From Candidatus Thorarchaeota archaeon (GTDB lineage Archaea; Asgardarchaeota; Heimdallarchaeia; Hodarchaeales; Hodarchaeaceae), in contig JBHLRO010000003.1 of assembly GCA_048882505.1 (NCBI GenBank), forward strand, positions 1 to 32,000: DNA of 32,000 nt, in the 5' to 3' direction. The translations under genes and the position numbers were made by a program. Under the pieces are notes generated by a model that saw nothing but the letters and a program-made list of their open reading frames with translations, searched no databases and was not told the origin of the DNA. Below, piece by piece: positions 16,580-26,507 of the stretch; position 1 is the first letter of the stretch; every line of letters starts with the position of its first letter.

Positions 16580-19192
16580 ATGCTACTAAACTCATTGATA
16601 GGGAAAAGGAAATATCTGGCCATTCTAGTTTGTATTTCCTATTATTTGTTTCTTATGACTGTTCCTAGCTCTCTTGCTAACGGCGTAATGTCCGTAAAGC
16701 CTTCCATCAATGGTTTAGAGATTTCCAGTGACCCGATATATACTGAATCAAGCGGTTCCTCAACCGATCCCCGCTCTTCGAATGTTGAGACTCCTGAACA
16801 TTACCTGATGACTCAAAAACTTCTAGGTGAAGCAGAGATATACTCAAACATCACTGTAGCGATAATATTAGACGATCTGAATTCGGTACTTGAAGGTAAC
16901 CTGTCTATCGATTACTATAATCGGGATCCTATCAATATTAGTCGTATTCCCTTCCACCTCTACCCTTCGGGAATGGCAAATGTTTCCCGAAAAGGAAGGA
17001 TAGATATTCTTGGGGTAACCGACCAGACACACACGGCCCTCTTGTTTAATGTGCTATCGGATCAACAACTTATGTGGGTGAACCTAACTGTCGATCTTTC
17101 GCCCTCTATGAGCACGAGAATAAATATAAAGTTCAATACCACCCTTCCTGACGGATATGACAGATCAAACTCCAATGGTTTTGATAGCAATCAATCACGC
17201 ATCTTTACAGCCACGGGATTCTATCCTATCCCTTGTGTTTATGATGCTATTGATGGTTGGAACACTGATCCCTATATTAATGTTAGTGATCCGTTCTACT
17301 TTGATATGGCCAACTACGAACTCACTGCTACGGTTCCTACAGGATTTATCGTTGTAGCGACAGGCGACTTGATAGACCGAATGGCTCTGGGAAACTATGT
17401 CTCTTACGAATTTAAACCGATAGCTCCTGTAAGGGAGGTCGTATTCTCAACTTCCCGGTACTTCACCGTGGAAAGTACCATGAGCAACGGAATTAATGTT
17501 TCAAGCTTCTTTTTACCGCATAGTAGTGGATTATGGTCGGAAAGAGCCCTTGATGCTTCAATTAGGGCACTAACTCTTTTTAGTGATACATTTGGTACGT
17601 ATCCTTATACTACATATAATATTGTCGAAGTGTACGGATTTTATAGCGGAATGGAGTACCCCTGTCTAGCTCAGATCTCTGAAGGAATTGCTGCACGTCA
17701 TCCTGACGATACTAATTTTTGGTTTGAACTTACCCTCGCCCACGAGGCAGCTCATCAATGGTGGAGCCAAATAGTTGGAAACAATCAAATAGATTTTGGC
17801 CATCTCGATGAAGGATTGGCTAGCTGGTCAACGGATTACTATTTTGACTATTACAATCCAAGCTGGAATTATTTTGAAGGCTATTGGGCCGTTAACGATG
17901 TTAGAACCTATTATATCACTAATAAGCAACCAGCGCGAGTCAATCAATCCGCCTATGCCTTCATTGGAACCAATATGAGTTTTAGTTTTACAGCCTACAC
18001 GAAGGCCCCCTTACTCTTCCAAAAACTTAGATCCACCCTCGGAAACACTGATTATATTTCTGGATTAAAAAACTTCTATGACGCATATAAATTTGCAACC
18101 GCAACGCTGCCCTTACTCCAACAATCTTTTGAAGAAACAACAGGCAAGAATCTAGATTGGTTCTTCCTTCCATGGTTTGACAATCCCTATCTCCCCAACT
18201 ATTATGTTAGCAATGTAACTTATGACCCTAATCAAAATAATATGAGTTTCACGGTTATGGACAGTAATGAAGATCTAAATAATTATTATTATTCCCAGAA
18301 ACTCCCGATTTTAGTCTTGGATATTCGTTCATTCGGGATATTATATGGTGATCAAATCTGGGTCAACGGTACAACGGATGTTGAGGTGAATCTGATTGAG
18401 GGAATGACTCCAGGGGAAATACGCCTTGTGTACGATTCTGAAGTTCTCGCGCAGATGGTCTCGATCGAAACTCCCTTCGTATCATACAGTGACCCCAGTT
18501 GGTTCGACAGTCTGGGACGTCCTGATCCCAGTTGGCTTTCATTTGAAAAAGACGATTGGATTGATTGGAACTATAGAGCTACTTTTACCGATATGAAGAA
18601 CCAGATAGCTTCGCTTGACCAGAGTGGGATTTTTCATTGTAATATTCTGAAAATCAAACGACTCGCCAGAACAGTAGAAATAGAATCTGAATGGCTTTGG
18701 ACCCCTTCTCATGGAATGTTTTCAGAGTTCACTGGTATATTTACCAGTTATCTTGATGCTGAAAGCCATGTCACCCCCTATCATATGGCCTTGGTTTCTT
18801 TTTTTGTAGGTTCAGATTTTCAATTTACGCCAGCATGGCTGGATTCGATAAGGCCACTTGTCGAAACGCTGAATTATGAAATACAAGATGACGGCCATAG
18901 ACTTAATGCAAGGTACTTTAGTGGCGGAGATAATTTCACGGTTTTTGCAGATTATAATTCTGATGGTATCTTGGCCAAAGTTGAAATAGCTTTCCATCCG
19001 CTTTATCCAGCTGGGAGTCAGGGCCCAGAATTACACGGGAAACTTACGCTAGTTTTACGTAACAGCTCATTCATGGACTATAGACCCGTATTGGCCTCTC
19101 TCGTAGAATTGGCTCTTATCCCTTTCTCTGGAGCCGTCGTCATAGCATATGTGGCCTGGTACCTACAAAAACGGCGGAATAATCACTCCTAA
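16580..19192 (+). CDS. Secreted, C-terminally membrane-anchored M1-family zinc aminopeptidase
   Basis: N-terminal hydrophobic signal, YSGMEYP, HEAAHQWW (HExxH), LDEGLA (third ligand), YTKA, and a C-terminal TM segment followed by KRR. The start is moved to ATG 16580 because GGTGA upstream looks like the SD. Confidence 0.9.
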   Translation: MLLNSLIGKRKYLAILVCISYYLFLMTVPSSLANGVMSVKPSINGLEISSDPIYTESSGSSTDPRSSNVETPEHYLMTQKLLGEAEIYSNITVAIILDDLNSVLEGNLSIDYYNRDPINISRIPFHLYPSGMANVSRKGRIDILGVTDQTHTALLFNVLSDQQLMWVNLTVDLSPSMSTRINIKFNTTLPDGYDRSNSNGFDSNQSRIFTATGFYPIPCVYDAIDGWNTDPYINVSDPFYFDMANYELTATVPTGFIVVATGDLIDRMALGNYVSYEFKPIAPVREVVFSTSRYFTVESTMSNGINVSSFFLPHSSGLWSERALDASIRALTLFSDTFGTYPYTTYNIVEVYGFYSGMEYPCLAQISEGIAARHPDDTNFWFELTLAHEAAHQWWSQIVGNNQIDFGHLDEGLASWSTDYYFDYYNPSWNYFEGYWAVNDVRTYYITNKQPARVNQSAYAFIGTNMSFSFTAYTKAPLLFQKLRSTLGNTDYISGLKNFYDAYKFATATLPLLQQSFEETTGKNLDWFFLPWFDNPYLPNYYVSNVTYDPNQNNMSFTVMDSNEDLNNYYYSQKLPILVLDIRSFGILYGDQIWVNGTTDVEVNLIEGMTPGEIRLVYDSEVLAQMVSIETPFVSYSDPSWFDSLGRPDPSWLSFEKDDWIDWNYRATFTDMKNQIASLDQSGIFHCNILKIKRLARTVEIESEWLWTPSHGMFSEFTGIFTSYLDAESHVTPYHMALVSFFVGSDFQFTPAWLDSIRPLVETLNYEIQDDGHRLNARYFSGGDNFTVFADYNSDGILAKVEIAFHPLYPAGSQGPELHGKLTLVLRNSSFMDYRPVLASLVELALIPFSGAVVIAYVAWYLQKRRNNHS

Positions 19193-19208
19193 CGCCAGAG
19201 ATGATAAG

Positions 19209-20465
19209 ATGGATATGCACGCTGCAATATCAAAAGAAGTAGAAAACCCTGATCCTTCTAGGATCGCTGCCATTGACTTTGCTAGAGGTCTCGTGGTTAT
19301 TTTAATGGCTCTCGATCATGCTTCGACCTATTGGAACTCAGGTCGGGTTTTCGGGGAATTCTGGTTTAGCAAACGACCCTTTCCGATGCCCGACCCATTG
19401 CAATTTCTAATACGATTGGTTTCTCATTGGTGTGCCCCAGCTTTTGTTTTTTTAGCAGGAACATCTATCATCCTTTATGAATCGTCACGAAGGAAACGAG
19501 ATATCACAGAGAACGAAATCACAAACCACCTGGTAGCACGAGGATGCGTGCTCCTAATAATCGAATGGACGCTGATCGGATGGTTATTTTCCGCTGCATC
19601 TGGTTATTTTGGAGTCCTAGCTGCGATAGGCGTTGGACTCATAATTTATGCTTTTGTCAGAAGGTTGAACACTAAAATCATTCTAGGGTTTTCTCTATTC
19701 CTTGTACTCTCCCCATTGTTTGCAGGATTTATTTGGAATCCGATATTGGAACCTGATTCTCATCCTGTGAATTTCTCGATTTTGTACCCGGGTATTATTC
19801 TCGACCCTATTCTCTCAGTAAATCCCGAATTACAAACCTGGGTTCGTACAATTCTTCATTGGCCTCAGTTCCCATATGGTCTTTACCCTTTGGATCCATG
19901 GCTTGGCGTTATGGGACTAGGGATCGTTTTTGGCCGTTGGTTGGTAAAGCAACAAGAAGAAAAGAAAACGCCGCGCAATTTTTCAAAGCAGGTAGGACTC
20001 ACGGGAGGGATAGCCTTGATTTTGTTCTTCTTTGTCCGGACACTCCTAGGGTTGCCCAGTACCTATTTCCCCATTTGGTCTACTGATGGGGTTCTCATCG
20101 AGAATGCTTTTATGATCCAGAATTATTTCTGGATGAGTAAATACCCCCCAAGCATTGTTTTTCTCCTTTGGACTTTGGGAGGAATGTGCCTCGTATTGGC
20201 AGTGGGATTTTATTTCCAGGAAAACGAAAAGTTTCAGAAGTGGGTTGGTGTAATCTTGCTATTCGGAAGCACAGCTTTGTTTTTCTATTGTACTCATTTA
20301 TTAATCTACGGTGCGGTGCCTGTTGTTTTGGGATTGGTAAAATTGTTTTCTATTCAGGTCACCTTGCTTGTCTGGATCCTGGGTTTGTTAATCCTGTATC
20401 CTTTGTGTGTACAATTTAAGCAAATCAAAAGAAAATACCCCCAAACTTTGCTTAGATACATTTAG
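19209..20465 (+). CDS. DUF1624 / heparan-alpha-glucosaminide N-acetyltransferase-like membrane protein
   Basis: RIAAIDFARGLVVILMALDH, SHWCAPAFVFLAGTS, MSKYPPS and ALFFYCTHL motifs. The in-frame ATG 19209 avoids overlap with the upstream gene. Confidence 0.88.
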   Translation: MDMHAAISKEVENPDPSRIAAIDFARGLVVILMALDHASTYWNSGRVFGEFWFSKRPFPMPDPLQFLIRLVSHWCAPAFVFLAGTSIILYESSRRKRDITENEITNHLVARGCVLLIIEWTLIGWLFSAASGYFGVLAAIGVGLIIYAFVRRLNTKIILGFSLFLVLSPLFAGFIWNPILEPDSHPVNFSILYPGIILDPILSVNPELQTWVRTILHWPQFPYGLYPLDPWLGVMGLGIVFGRWLVKQQEEKKTPRNFSKQVGLTGGIALILFFFVRTLLGLPSTYFPIWSTDGVLIENAFMIQNYFWMSKYPPSIVFLLWTLGGMCLVLAVGFYFQENEKFQKWVGVILLFGSTALFFYCTHLLIYGAVPVVLGLVKLFSIQVTLLVWILGLLILYPLCVQFKQIKRKYPQTLLRYI

Positions 20466-20507
20466 GCGCGTTATCACATCGCTAATATGGAATTTTCTCA
20501 AAAAGAC

Positions 20508-21824
20508 CTAAAGAAAAGGAGATAGAATGATTAGATAAATCGTCCCAATTAGAAGATGGAAAACACCTAAAACTCCACCGAGTCTAAAGAATTCAAAGAA
20601 CGAGATTGGAGACCCTTCCCGATTGGATAAATTAATGGCTAGTATATTCGCTGGACTGCCTATTGGCAAGATGTATCCACCTAGATTTACTGCAATCACT
20701 AATCCCCACCATTTTATATTATCGACAACCCCAATCACTTGTAGATCTGCAAAAACTGGCGCCAAGGCGGCAGAAACTGGAATATTGTCCACAACTGCTG
20801 ATATGGCTCCAATTCCAAATGATATGAGTGGTAAACTAAAAAACAGGTCTAGTTCAAAAAAAGGAGTCAGGATTTCGGCGAGGATTTCTAATATGCCAAG
20901 AATTTCAATCGATCCCACCAGTATGAATAATCCCATTATGAAGTAGATAGAAATCCATTCGACATCACGAAAGATATCTTTTGGGTGCATTCCACTAAAC
21001 AACAGAAGCCCGGCAGCAACTACAAGTGCTATTTCTGCTGCCTTAAGATGAAAAATCGATCCAAAAATAAATCCTGAAACCAGAACAATCAATCCAAATA
21101 TGACCGAATAAAAGGTCCTCCGATTTTCAACAAGAACTCCTGGATCCAAAAGAAAAATCTCGGAGACAAGATCGGGAGAGGGATCTTGAAACTTCTTACG
21201 TGCATAGAAGATATAGAATGGCAACGCCGTTAGTAGTAGAATCAAACTAAGCGGCCCCATAACCAATATAAAGTCAAGAAAGGTGGCGCCGCTTTTATCT
21301 GCAAGAACTATATTTGGTATGCTTCCAACGAGGGAGGAGATCGAGGCAAAATTTGCTGTTATTGCTTCAATTGTTAGCATTGGGCGAAAATCAAAATCCA
21401 AGATTCGATAAATCTCTACGGTCAGTGGTGCTACGATCAACATCGTAGTGATTACATCAAAGACGAAACTAATGATAAAAGTTACAAGAGTGAGCGATAA
21501 TAGTAAAGTTCTTGGATTCCCTTGAGTAAATCGGACTATTATGATGCTAATATATTGAAAAAGGCCTGACCTGCTAGAGATGATGGTAATTATCATCATC
21601 GCAGTGATAAAGATTAGTGTATTCCATTCAACTCGGAAAATTATGGTTTCAAATTCGGTCGGGCGCCCTTCATATTGCCATTGGGTTATTATCAAAAGAA
21701 CTGATATGGCCCCGGCACCCAATAGCGCTGAAATCGGTCGGTGGAGTTTTTCTGTTGAAATAAGTATATAGGTGCCAATAAAAATTGCGATACCTATGAT
21801 CTGAACAAGTTCGAGTGCGGCCAT
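20508..21824 (-). CDS. ArsB/NhaD/SLC13-family ion transporter permease
   Basis: EKLHRPISALLGA, VEWNTLIFITAMMII, SLVGSIPNIVL, SAVVDNIP and NLGGYILPIGSPANILA motifs; many TM segments. Confidence 0.9.
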   Translation of the reverse strand: MAALELVQIIGIAIFIGTYILISTEKLHRPISALLGAGAISVLLIITQWQYEGRPTEFETIIFRVEWNTLIFITAMMIITIISSRSGLFQYISIIIVRFTQGNPRTLLLSLTLVTFIISFVFDVITTMLIVAPLTVEIYRILDFDFRPMLTIEAITANFASISSLVGSIPNIVLADKSGATFLDFILVMGPLSLILLLTALPFYIFYARKKFQDPSPDLVSEIFLLDPGVLVENRRTFYSVIFGLIVLVSGFIFGSIFHLKAAEIALVVAAGLLLFSGMHPKDIFRDVEWISIYFIMGLFILVGSIEILGILEILAEILTPFFELDLFFSLPLISFGIGAISAVVDNIPVSAALAPVFADLQVIGVVDNIKWWGLVIAVNLGGYILPIGSPANILAINLSNREGSPISFFEFFRLGGVLGVFHLLIGTIYLIILSPFL

Positions 21825-22192
21825 TAATGAAACTTCACGATCGGAGATATTGATGAATATGATAGAATATTGGCTATTCTTTTTTCTCTAATTGCTTCAC
21901 AAAGGACGTATTGAGGAGATCAAAGGCTCATAATATATCTTACTGGTGGACATCTGCATATCTGATACTCTTGCAGATCCCCTGAATCTTCAAGCTAATT
22001 CATGCGTAATCATTATACTTCTACGCAATTAAATTAATAAGATTGTTGTTGATCAAACATAAGTGATAGATTCAAATTCAAGAGTATCAATTATTCTCAG
22101 CATATTCAAGATTAGTACTCCAAGTCAATTTTGACTCTCTAATAGGAAATTCGTATAGCTACCACAAATTAAAAGCCAAATGGTGTCCGTGT

Positions 22193-23116
22193 TTGAAGGA
22201 ACTTGATATAAAATCCAATATTGATTTGGTTATGGGAGAAATAGTAGATCTCATTCATAATGCAGTGAAAGAAAGAAAATACGATGGGGTACTCATATGG
22301 TTTTCAGGATTTATCGATTCGACCGTAATCACCAAATTATCACTTGAGGCCCTGGATGAGAATAAGATAAAGATCCTTCTCCGGTCAGAAAAGTTTTATG
22401 AAGATTACGACGAGATATGCAACAGTTCATTAGATTACCTAGGGATAAAGAAAGAGAATATTGAAGAGTGCGATGTGGATGAATTGTTGGATAAATTTGG
22501 CTCCGGACCCCTTGTCGAAGGATCGATTAGGCAGATTCCCCTGGTAAGCACCCGCTTGAGCTATTCCCTTCTGAAGGGTGCCTCGCTTGGTGAGATAAAG
22601 GATAAAACGTACGGATTTGTTGGCAAAGCATCCTCTGGGAGGGATGAATTGCTCAATCGTATAATCGCACACAATAAACTTGGCTCCAGAATTCAAATGG
22701 CTTCGGCGTATTTGATTGCAGAGACAGAAAATCGACTATTGATCAGTACTCTCAATAAAACCGAATTGATGACTGGTTTATTCACCAAATTTGGAAGGGG
22801 ACAGTGCGCTGATCTAATGCCTCTTGGACATCTATATAGATCCCAAATATTGCAGTTGGCTGAATTTTTGGATGTTCCAGAAACCATCAGAAGTGCTGCT
22901 AAAGTCGACCTTCTTCCAGGGGTTGAGAACAAGTATTTGTATTTCTTTAATCTGCCAGCTTATGATGTTGACAAAGTTCTGGTATTATTAGAAGCTGGTC
23001 GATCGGTTCAGGACATTCAGAGCGAACTGAACCTTTCTATTGAAGAGATTGAGAGAATTAGTACGTTTGTTGCCTCATCTGCGTATTCAAGAACTGCACC
23101 TTTGATGATTAAATAA
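22193..23116 (+). CDS. NH3-dependent NAD+ synthetase (NadE)-like protein, degenerate paralog 1
   Basis: GVLIWFSGFIDSTV (canonical SGGxDS), SRIQM, STLNKTE, GLFTKFG...ADLMPLGHLYRSQILQLAEFL. Confidence 0.75.
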   Translation: MKELDIKSNIDLVMGEIVDLIHNAVKERKYDGVLIWFSGFIDSTVITKLSLEALDENKIKILLRSEKFYEDYDEICNSSLDYLGIKKENIEECDVDELLDKFGSGPLVEGSIRQIPLVSTRLSYSLLKGASLGEIKDKTYGFVGKASSGRDELLNRIIAHNKLGSRIQMASAYLIAETENRLLISTLNKTELMTGLFTKFGRGQCADLMPLGHLYRSQILQLAEFLDVPETIRSAAKVDLLPGVENKYLYFFNLPAYDVDKVLVLLEAGRSVQDIQSELNLSIEEIERISTFVASSAYSRTAPLMIK

Positions 23117-23280
23117 ACAAAATCCTTACGGTAAATTTACCTCGAAATTTCAAAGAGATTCAGTTAAGGCATTTTCAAGAATAACACTTGCCATTCGGTG
23201 AATGGATATAAAAAACTCGCCCATGATAGCTTTTGAAAATAAGTAAATTCTAGAGCAACTATTGTATGTTCGTTTGAATA

Positions 23281-24240
23281 TTATATCTCGGGAATTAAGG
23301 GAACTGCTCTAGCGTACTTGGATACGTCGTAATAATACCTGATCTTCTGTATCGCATCAAAATGGACCCCAGTCTCTTGATGGATTTCTTCCATGGAATA
23401 ACCTCCGACCTCAAGTCTTAACAAAACGCGGTCTACCTCCCTATATGATAGATCAAAGAAAAATCTATAACTTGTTGGTATCTTCTCGACTCTTTCATCG
23501 AGATATTTGTTTAAGTTTAGATATTCCGCCAATTGAACGACCTGTGTTTTATAAAGCGCAGCTAAAGGGAGAAAATCGGCCGCATGATAGGTTCCGAATT
23601 TTGTAAAGAGCCCCAAGAGCCATTCTGTTTTATTGACATGACCAATATAAGATTTATTTTCTATTTCAGCCAGAAGGAAAGAGAGAAGCATATTTAGACG
23701 TATCCGGCTTTTATAATGGGCTATTGACTGACGAATAAACTTCTCCCTTTTGGTGCCTGGCCGTTTTGAAGGAGGGCTGAATGTTTCCAACTCAAAATCA
23801 TCGCGGGCCATGCTCTTAAACAAGATATAGCTTAAATTATAATTTAATATCGGAAGACTGTCAGTAGCTGAACGAGCTACCATCATTCCGGTTTTTTCTG
23901 AGTAAACCCTGCCGATATCCCGAATTATTTTCTCTATATTGATGAAAACAAGACTTTCGTTTGGTAGGTTAAGATATTGTTTTATCAACTCTGTGTCCCT
24001 CTCCCTCGTTGGCTTTCTACTACTGAATCTGCCTTGAGTCACGATCAGACTGATATTTTCCGCCCCTACGGCCGCAGATGCCAATTTAACGTTAACAAGA
24101 GACTCAACATCGTCTCTAAAAAGTAGAATTAGGCCTTCAATGTCTCTTTCTTCCAAGTAGGAACGGAGGAATTCGACAATTTTCTCTTCAACAGAACTTG
24201 GGTCGATTTGTAACCTTTCATCCAAATCCATTTCGTTCAT
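23281..24240 (-). CDS. NadE-like protein, degenerate paralog 2
   Basis: The PP-loop position reads LFRDDVESLV; SRIRL, GHVNKTE and GLFTKFG...ADFLPLAALYKTQVVQLAEYL are present. Confidence 0.72.
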   Translation of the reverse strand: MNEMDLDERLQIDPSSVEEKIVEFLRSYLEERDIEGLILLFRDDVESLVNVKLASAAVGAENISLIVTQGRFSSRKPTRERDTELIKQYLNLPNESLVFINIEKIIRDIGRVYSEKTGMMVARSATDSLPILNYNLSYILFKSMARDDFELETFSPPSKRPGTKREKFIRQSIAHYKSRIRLNMLLSFLLAEIENKSYIGHVNKTEWLLGLFTKFGTYHAADFLPLAALYKTQVVQLAEYLNLNKYLDERVEKIPTSYRFFFDLSYREVDRVLLRLEVGGYSMEEIHQETGVHFDAIQKIRYYYDVSKYARAVPLIPEI

Positions 24241-24293
24241 AGGGTAATACTAACGCGCTTATGATAATTACCCTCTTGACGCGAATTCAAGGT

Positions 24294-25373
24294 TTAGATG
24301 GGGACGAAGGTTTCGTCTTTGGAAATTGACTTAATCAGGTTCACGACCAAATTAACGCAATTTTCCACGTCATCTAAACTGATAACCTCACTAGCAGTGT
24401 GCATATAGCGATTCGGAATACTTACTAGGGCTGTAGCTGCTCCAACTAATTGAAGAGCATTGGCATCTGTACCTGTTCCCCTATGTGCAGCTTTTCTTTG
24501 ATAGGGTATATTAAGTTCTTCAGCGAGCTTAATGATCTTTTGAAATAAGTTGGGGTTTATATTCGGACCTACCGAGATAATTGGGCCCTGACCAAGCTTG
24601 GTATCGCCCACTAGCTTTTTCTTGATTTCTGGTGCATCCGCCGCATGTCCGACATCAAAAGCAATCCCTACCTCTGGTCTTATACTTCTTGCTGCCACTG
24701 TGGCACCACGCATCCCGATCTCTTCTTGTACTGAACTTACTCCATATACTCCTGCAAAGAACTGCTTATCACTGGAAAGTTCTTTCATTATTTCCATTGT
24801 GATAAAGGCACCGATCGCGTCATCAAAGCCAGCCGAGGCTGCATAGTTATGGTCTCCAAGGCGTTGGTATCCGTGATCAAAAACCGCAAAATCACCGATT
24901 TCAACCTTTGATTCTGCTTCCTCCTTATTATGACATCCAATGTCTATGAAGATCTTCTCGATGTCAGGAGATTTTTTGCGTTCTTCTGGTTTTATTATGT
25001 GAATTGGCTTCCTGCCAATAACTCCAGGTATCGCGCCAGTTTTTCCCCAAACTTTCACTCTTTTACCTGCTAATGTGGACGGGTCAAATCCACCCAACGG
25101 TAAGAACCAAAGGAATCCATTTTTATCGATATAACTAATTTGGAACCCGATCTGGTCGATATGTCCTACAAGCATAACCTTGGTTGGTGATTCTGGATTG
25201 ATCACTGCGATTAGATTCCCAACTCGATCTCCGTAAAGCTGGTCTAAATTCGCTTCCGACTGCAGATAATCCTTGATCAAGCGTTGGGCGGAAAATTCGT
25301 ATCCCGTGGCCCTCGGTGTTGAGAGCAATTGTTTCAGAAACCCCTCATTTATGGTGTATGCCAATATGATCAC
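24294..25373 (-). CDS. M42-family (TET-like) metallopeptidase
   Basis: GNLIA, GHIDQIG, AGFDDAIG, VQEEIGMRGA, AFDV and RYMHTASE motifs. Confidence 0.92.
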   Translation of the reverse strand: MIILAYTINEGFLKQLLSTPRATGYEFSAQRLIKDYLQSEANLDQLYGDRVGNLIAVINPESPTKVMLVGHIDQIGFQISYIDKNGFLWFLPLGGFDPSTLAGKRVKVWGKTGAIPGVIGRKPIHIIKPEERKKSPDIEKIFIDIGCHNKEEAESKVEIGDFAVFDHGYQRLGDHNYAASAGFDDAIGAFITMEIMKELSSDKQFFAGVYGVSSVQEEIGMRGATVAARSIRPEVGIAFDVGHAADAPEIKKKLVGDTKLGQGPIISVGPNINPNLFQKIIKLAEELNIPYQRKAAHRGTGTDANALQLVGAATALVSIPNRYMHTASEVISLDDVENCVNLVVNLIKSISKDETFVPI

Positions 25374-25439
25374 GTTTTAGGTGATCGAGTAGTGAAACAA
25401 AGCTATCTTTAAATCCAATTGTATTGGAAGTGGACGTTT

Positions 25440-26081
25440 TTACGGCAGACGAAGCGGGAGTGCATTCGATTCCCTGTTCTGAGATTGTAATTTCTGTTTA
25501 TGAATCAAACTGTTAATTATTTCAGTTGAAAGTAATCTAAACGTCTCGTCGATATTGACATTCTCCTTGGAGGATGTTTCAACATAATGAATGGAAAAAC
25601 CATGTGTTTCCTGAACTAATCGCGATAATCGTTTGGCGTACTCAATCCCCTGCGCTGTAGAGACCTGTCCATGATATGATATCATCCCGCGAAGATCGCA
25701 CTTCGCACCCACCAGCATTAATGGGCGCTCCCCTTGGCCGTTCAGTTTCCAAAATGAGCTAATCCATTCTTCAACATTCATGAATGAATTAGGGTTTGTT
25801 ATGTCAAAAAAGCATAACGCCGCGACTGCTCCTCGATAATAGAGGTTGCTTACAACCTTAAACCGTGGTTGGCCAGCTAGGTCCCAAATCTGATATTTAA
25901 TTAGATATTCTGTTTTTGTTGGCCCGTATTCGATTTTGACTTCTTTTGCGGCAAAATCCGCTCCCAAAGTCATTAAGTATTGAGCTTGGAATGTATCACC
26001 CAACCAAACTCTTCTGAACGAACTTTTACCTACTCCACCATCTCCAACCAATACAATTTTCGCTCGAAGAACTTTTACCAT
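25440..26081 (-). CDS. Rab-like small GTPase (Ras superfamily)
   Basis: G1 GDGGVGKS, G2 YLMTLGADF, G3 WDLAGQ, YYRGA, G4 VGAKCD and G5 ETSSK. SD-like GAGGGT upstream. Confidence 0.93.
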   Translation of the reverse strand: MVKVLRAKIVLVGDGGVGKSSFRRVWLGDTFQAQYLMTLGADFAAKEVKIEYGPTKTEYLIKYQIWDLAGQPRFKVVSNLYYRGAVAALCFFDITNPNSFMNVEEWISSFWKLNGQGERPLMLVGAKCDLRGMISYHGQVSTAQGIEYAKRLSRLVQETHGFSIHYVETSSKENVNIDETFRLLSTEIINSLIHKQKLQSQNRESNALPLRLP

Positions 26082-26507
26082 CAGTAACCCTCATTTTAAA
26101 CCAGAAAAATTGCTTTTTATTTACTCATCTTTCCGATCTTACTCAAGTTCATAGTTCCGGATCAATGGCCTATAATAGGCTTCCCATATGTACCTTAAGT
26201 GGTTTAATTCATTCACGATCGGATATTTCAGGTTTGCAAATGACTTTTTATTTCAAATTTATCGTTCCTACTCGTTTTTTTTTCTCCTCCCGATAATTTG
26301 GAAAGAGAAAAAGGTGAAAATAAGGTAAAATCTGGCTTTTTCTCCTCACATTAGGGGGATTATGATCATTCTGATCATGAATGGAGTGTGAACTGCTGCA
26401 AGATTTGTGGGTCAAGGTCGGGCTTCCGTTCTTGAATTTTCGATCCCTAAAGTACTGAACAATCAAAAACCAGCAGAAATTGGAGACCCATTACCATTTC
26501 ATGGATT

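Noticed and set aside
16257-16595. Minus-strand 69-aa ORF (16386-16595) and 26-aa ORF (16257-16337, MKFVPVDSVKVEDIIIQEPKVNRIIP)
   Set aside because: The first overlaps the M1 peptidase start. The second is too short to support without homology. They may be remnants.
23191-23205. Hairpin CCATTC-GGT-GAATGG between the convergent NadE-like genes
   Set aside because: The stem is short and has no adjacent U-tract, which is insufficient to call a terminator.
22193-24240. C-terminal HTH-like segments in the NadE paralogs as evidence of DNA binding
   Set aside because: Ordinary archaeal NadE proteins have a similar C-terminal helical segment, so it is not diagnostic.
25222-25245. Region near the M42 HIDQIG motif (Q instead of the usual E in HxDEIG; coordinates approximate)
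   Set aside because: The metal ligands and catalytic EE pair appear intact, so this is not evidence of inactivation.
26082-26507. 72-aa ORF 26248-26466, a start-less peptide frame near 26130-26250, and short inverted repeats (26168-26180, 26362-26378)
   Set aside because: Low-complexity composition, no credible start/SD pairing, and repeats short enough to be chance.
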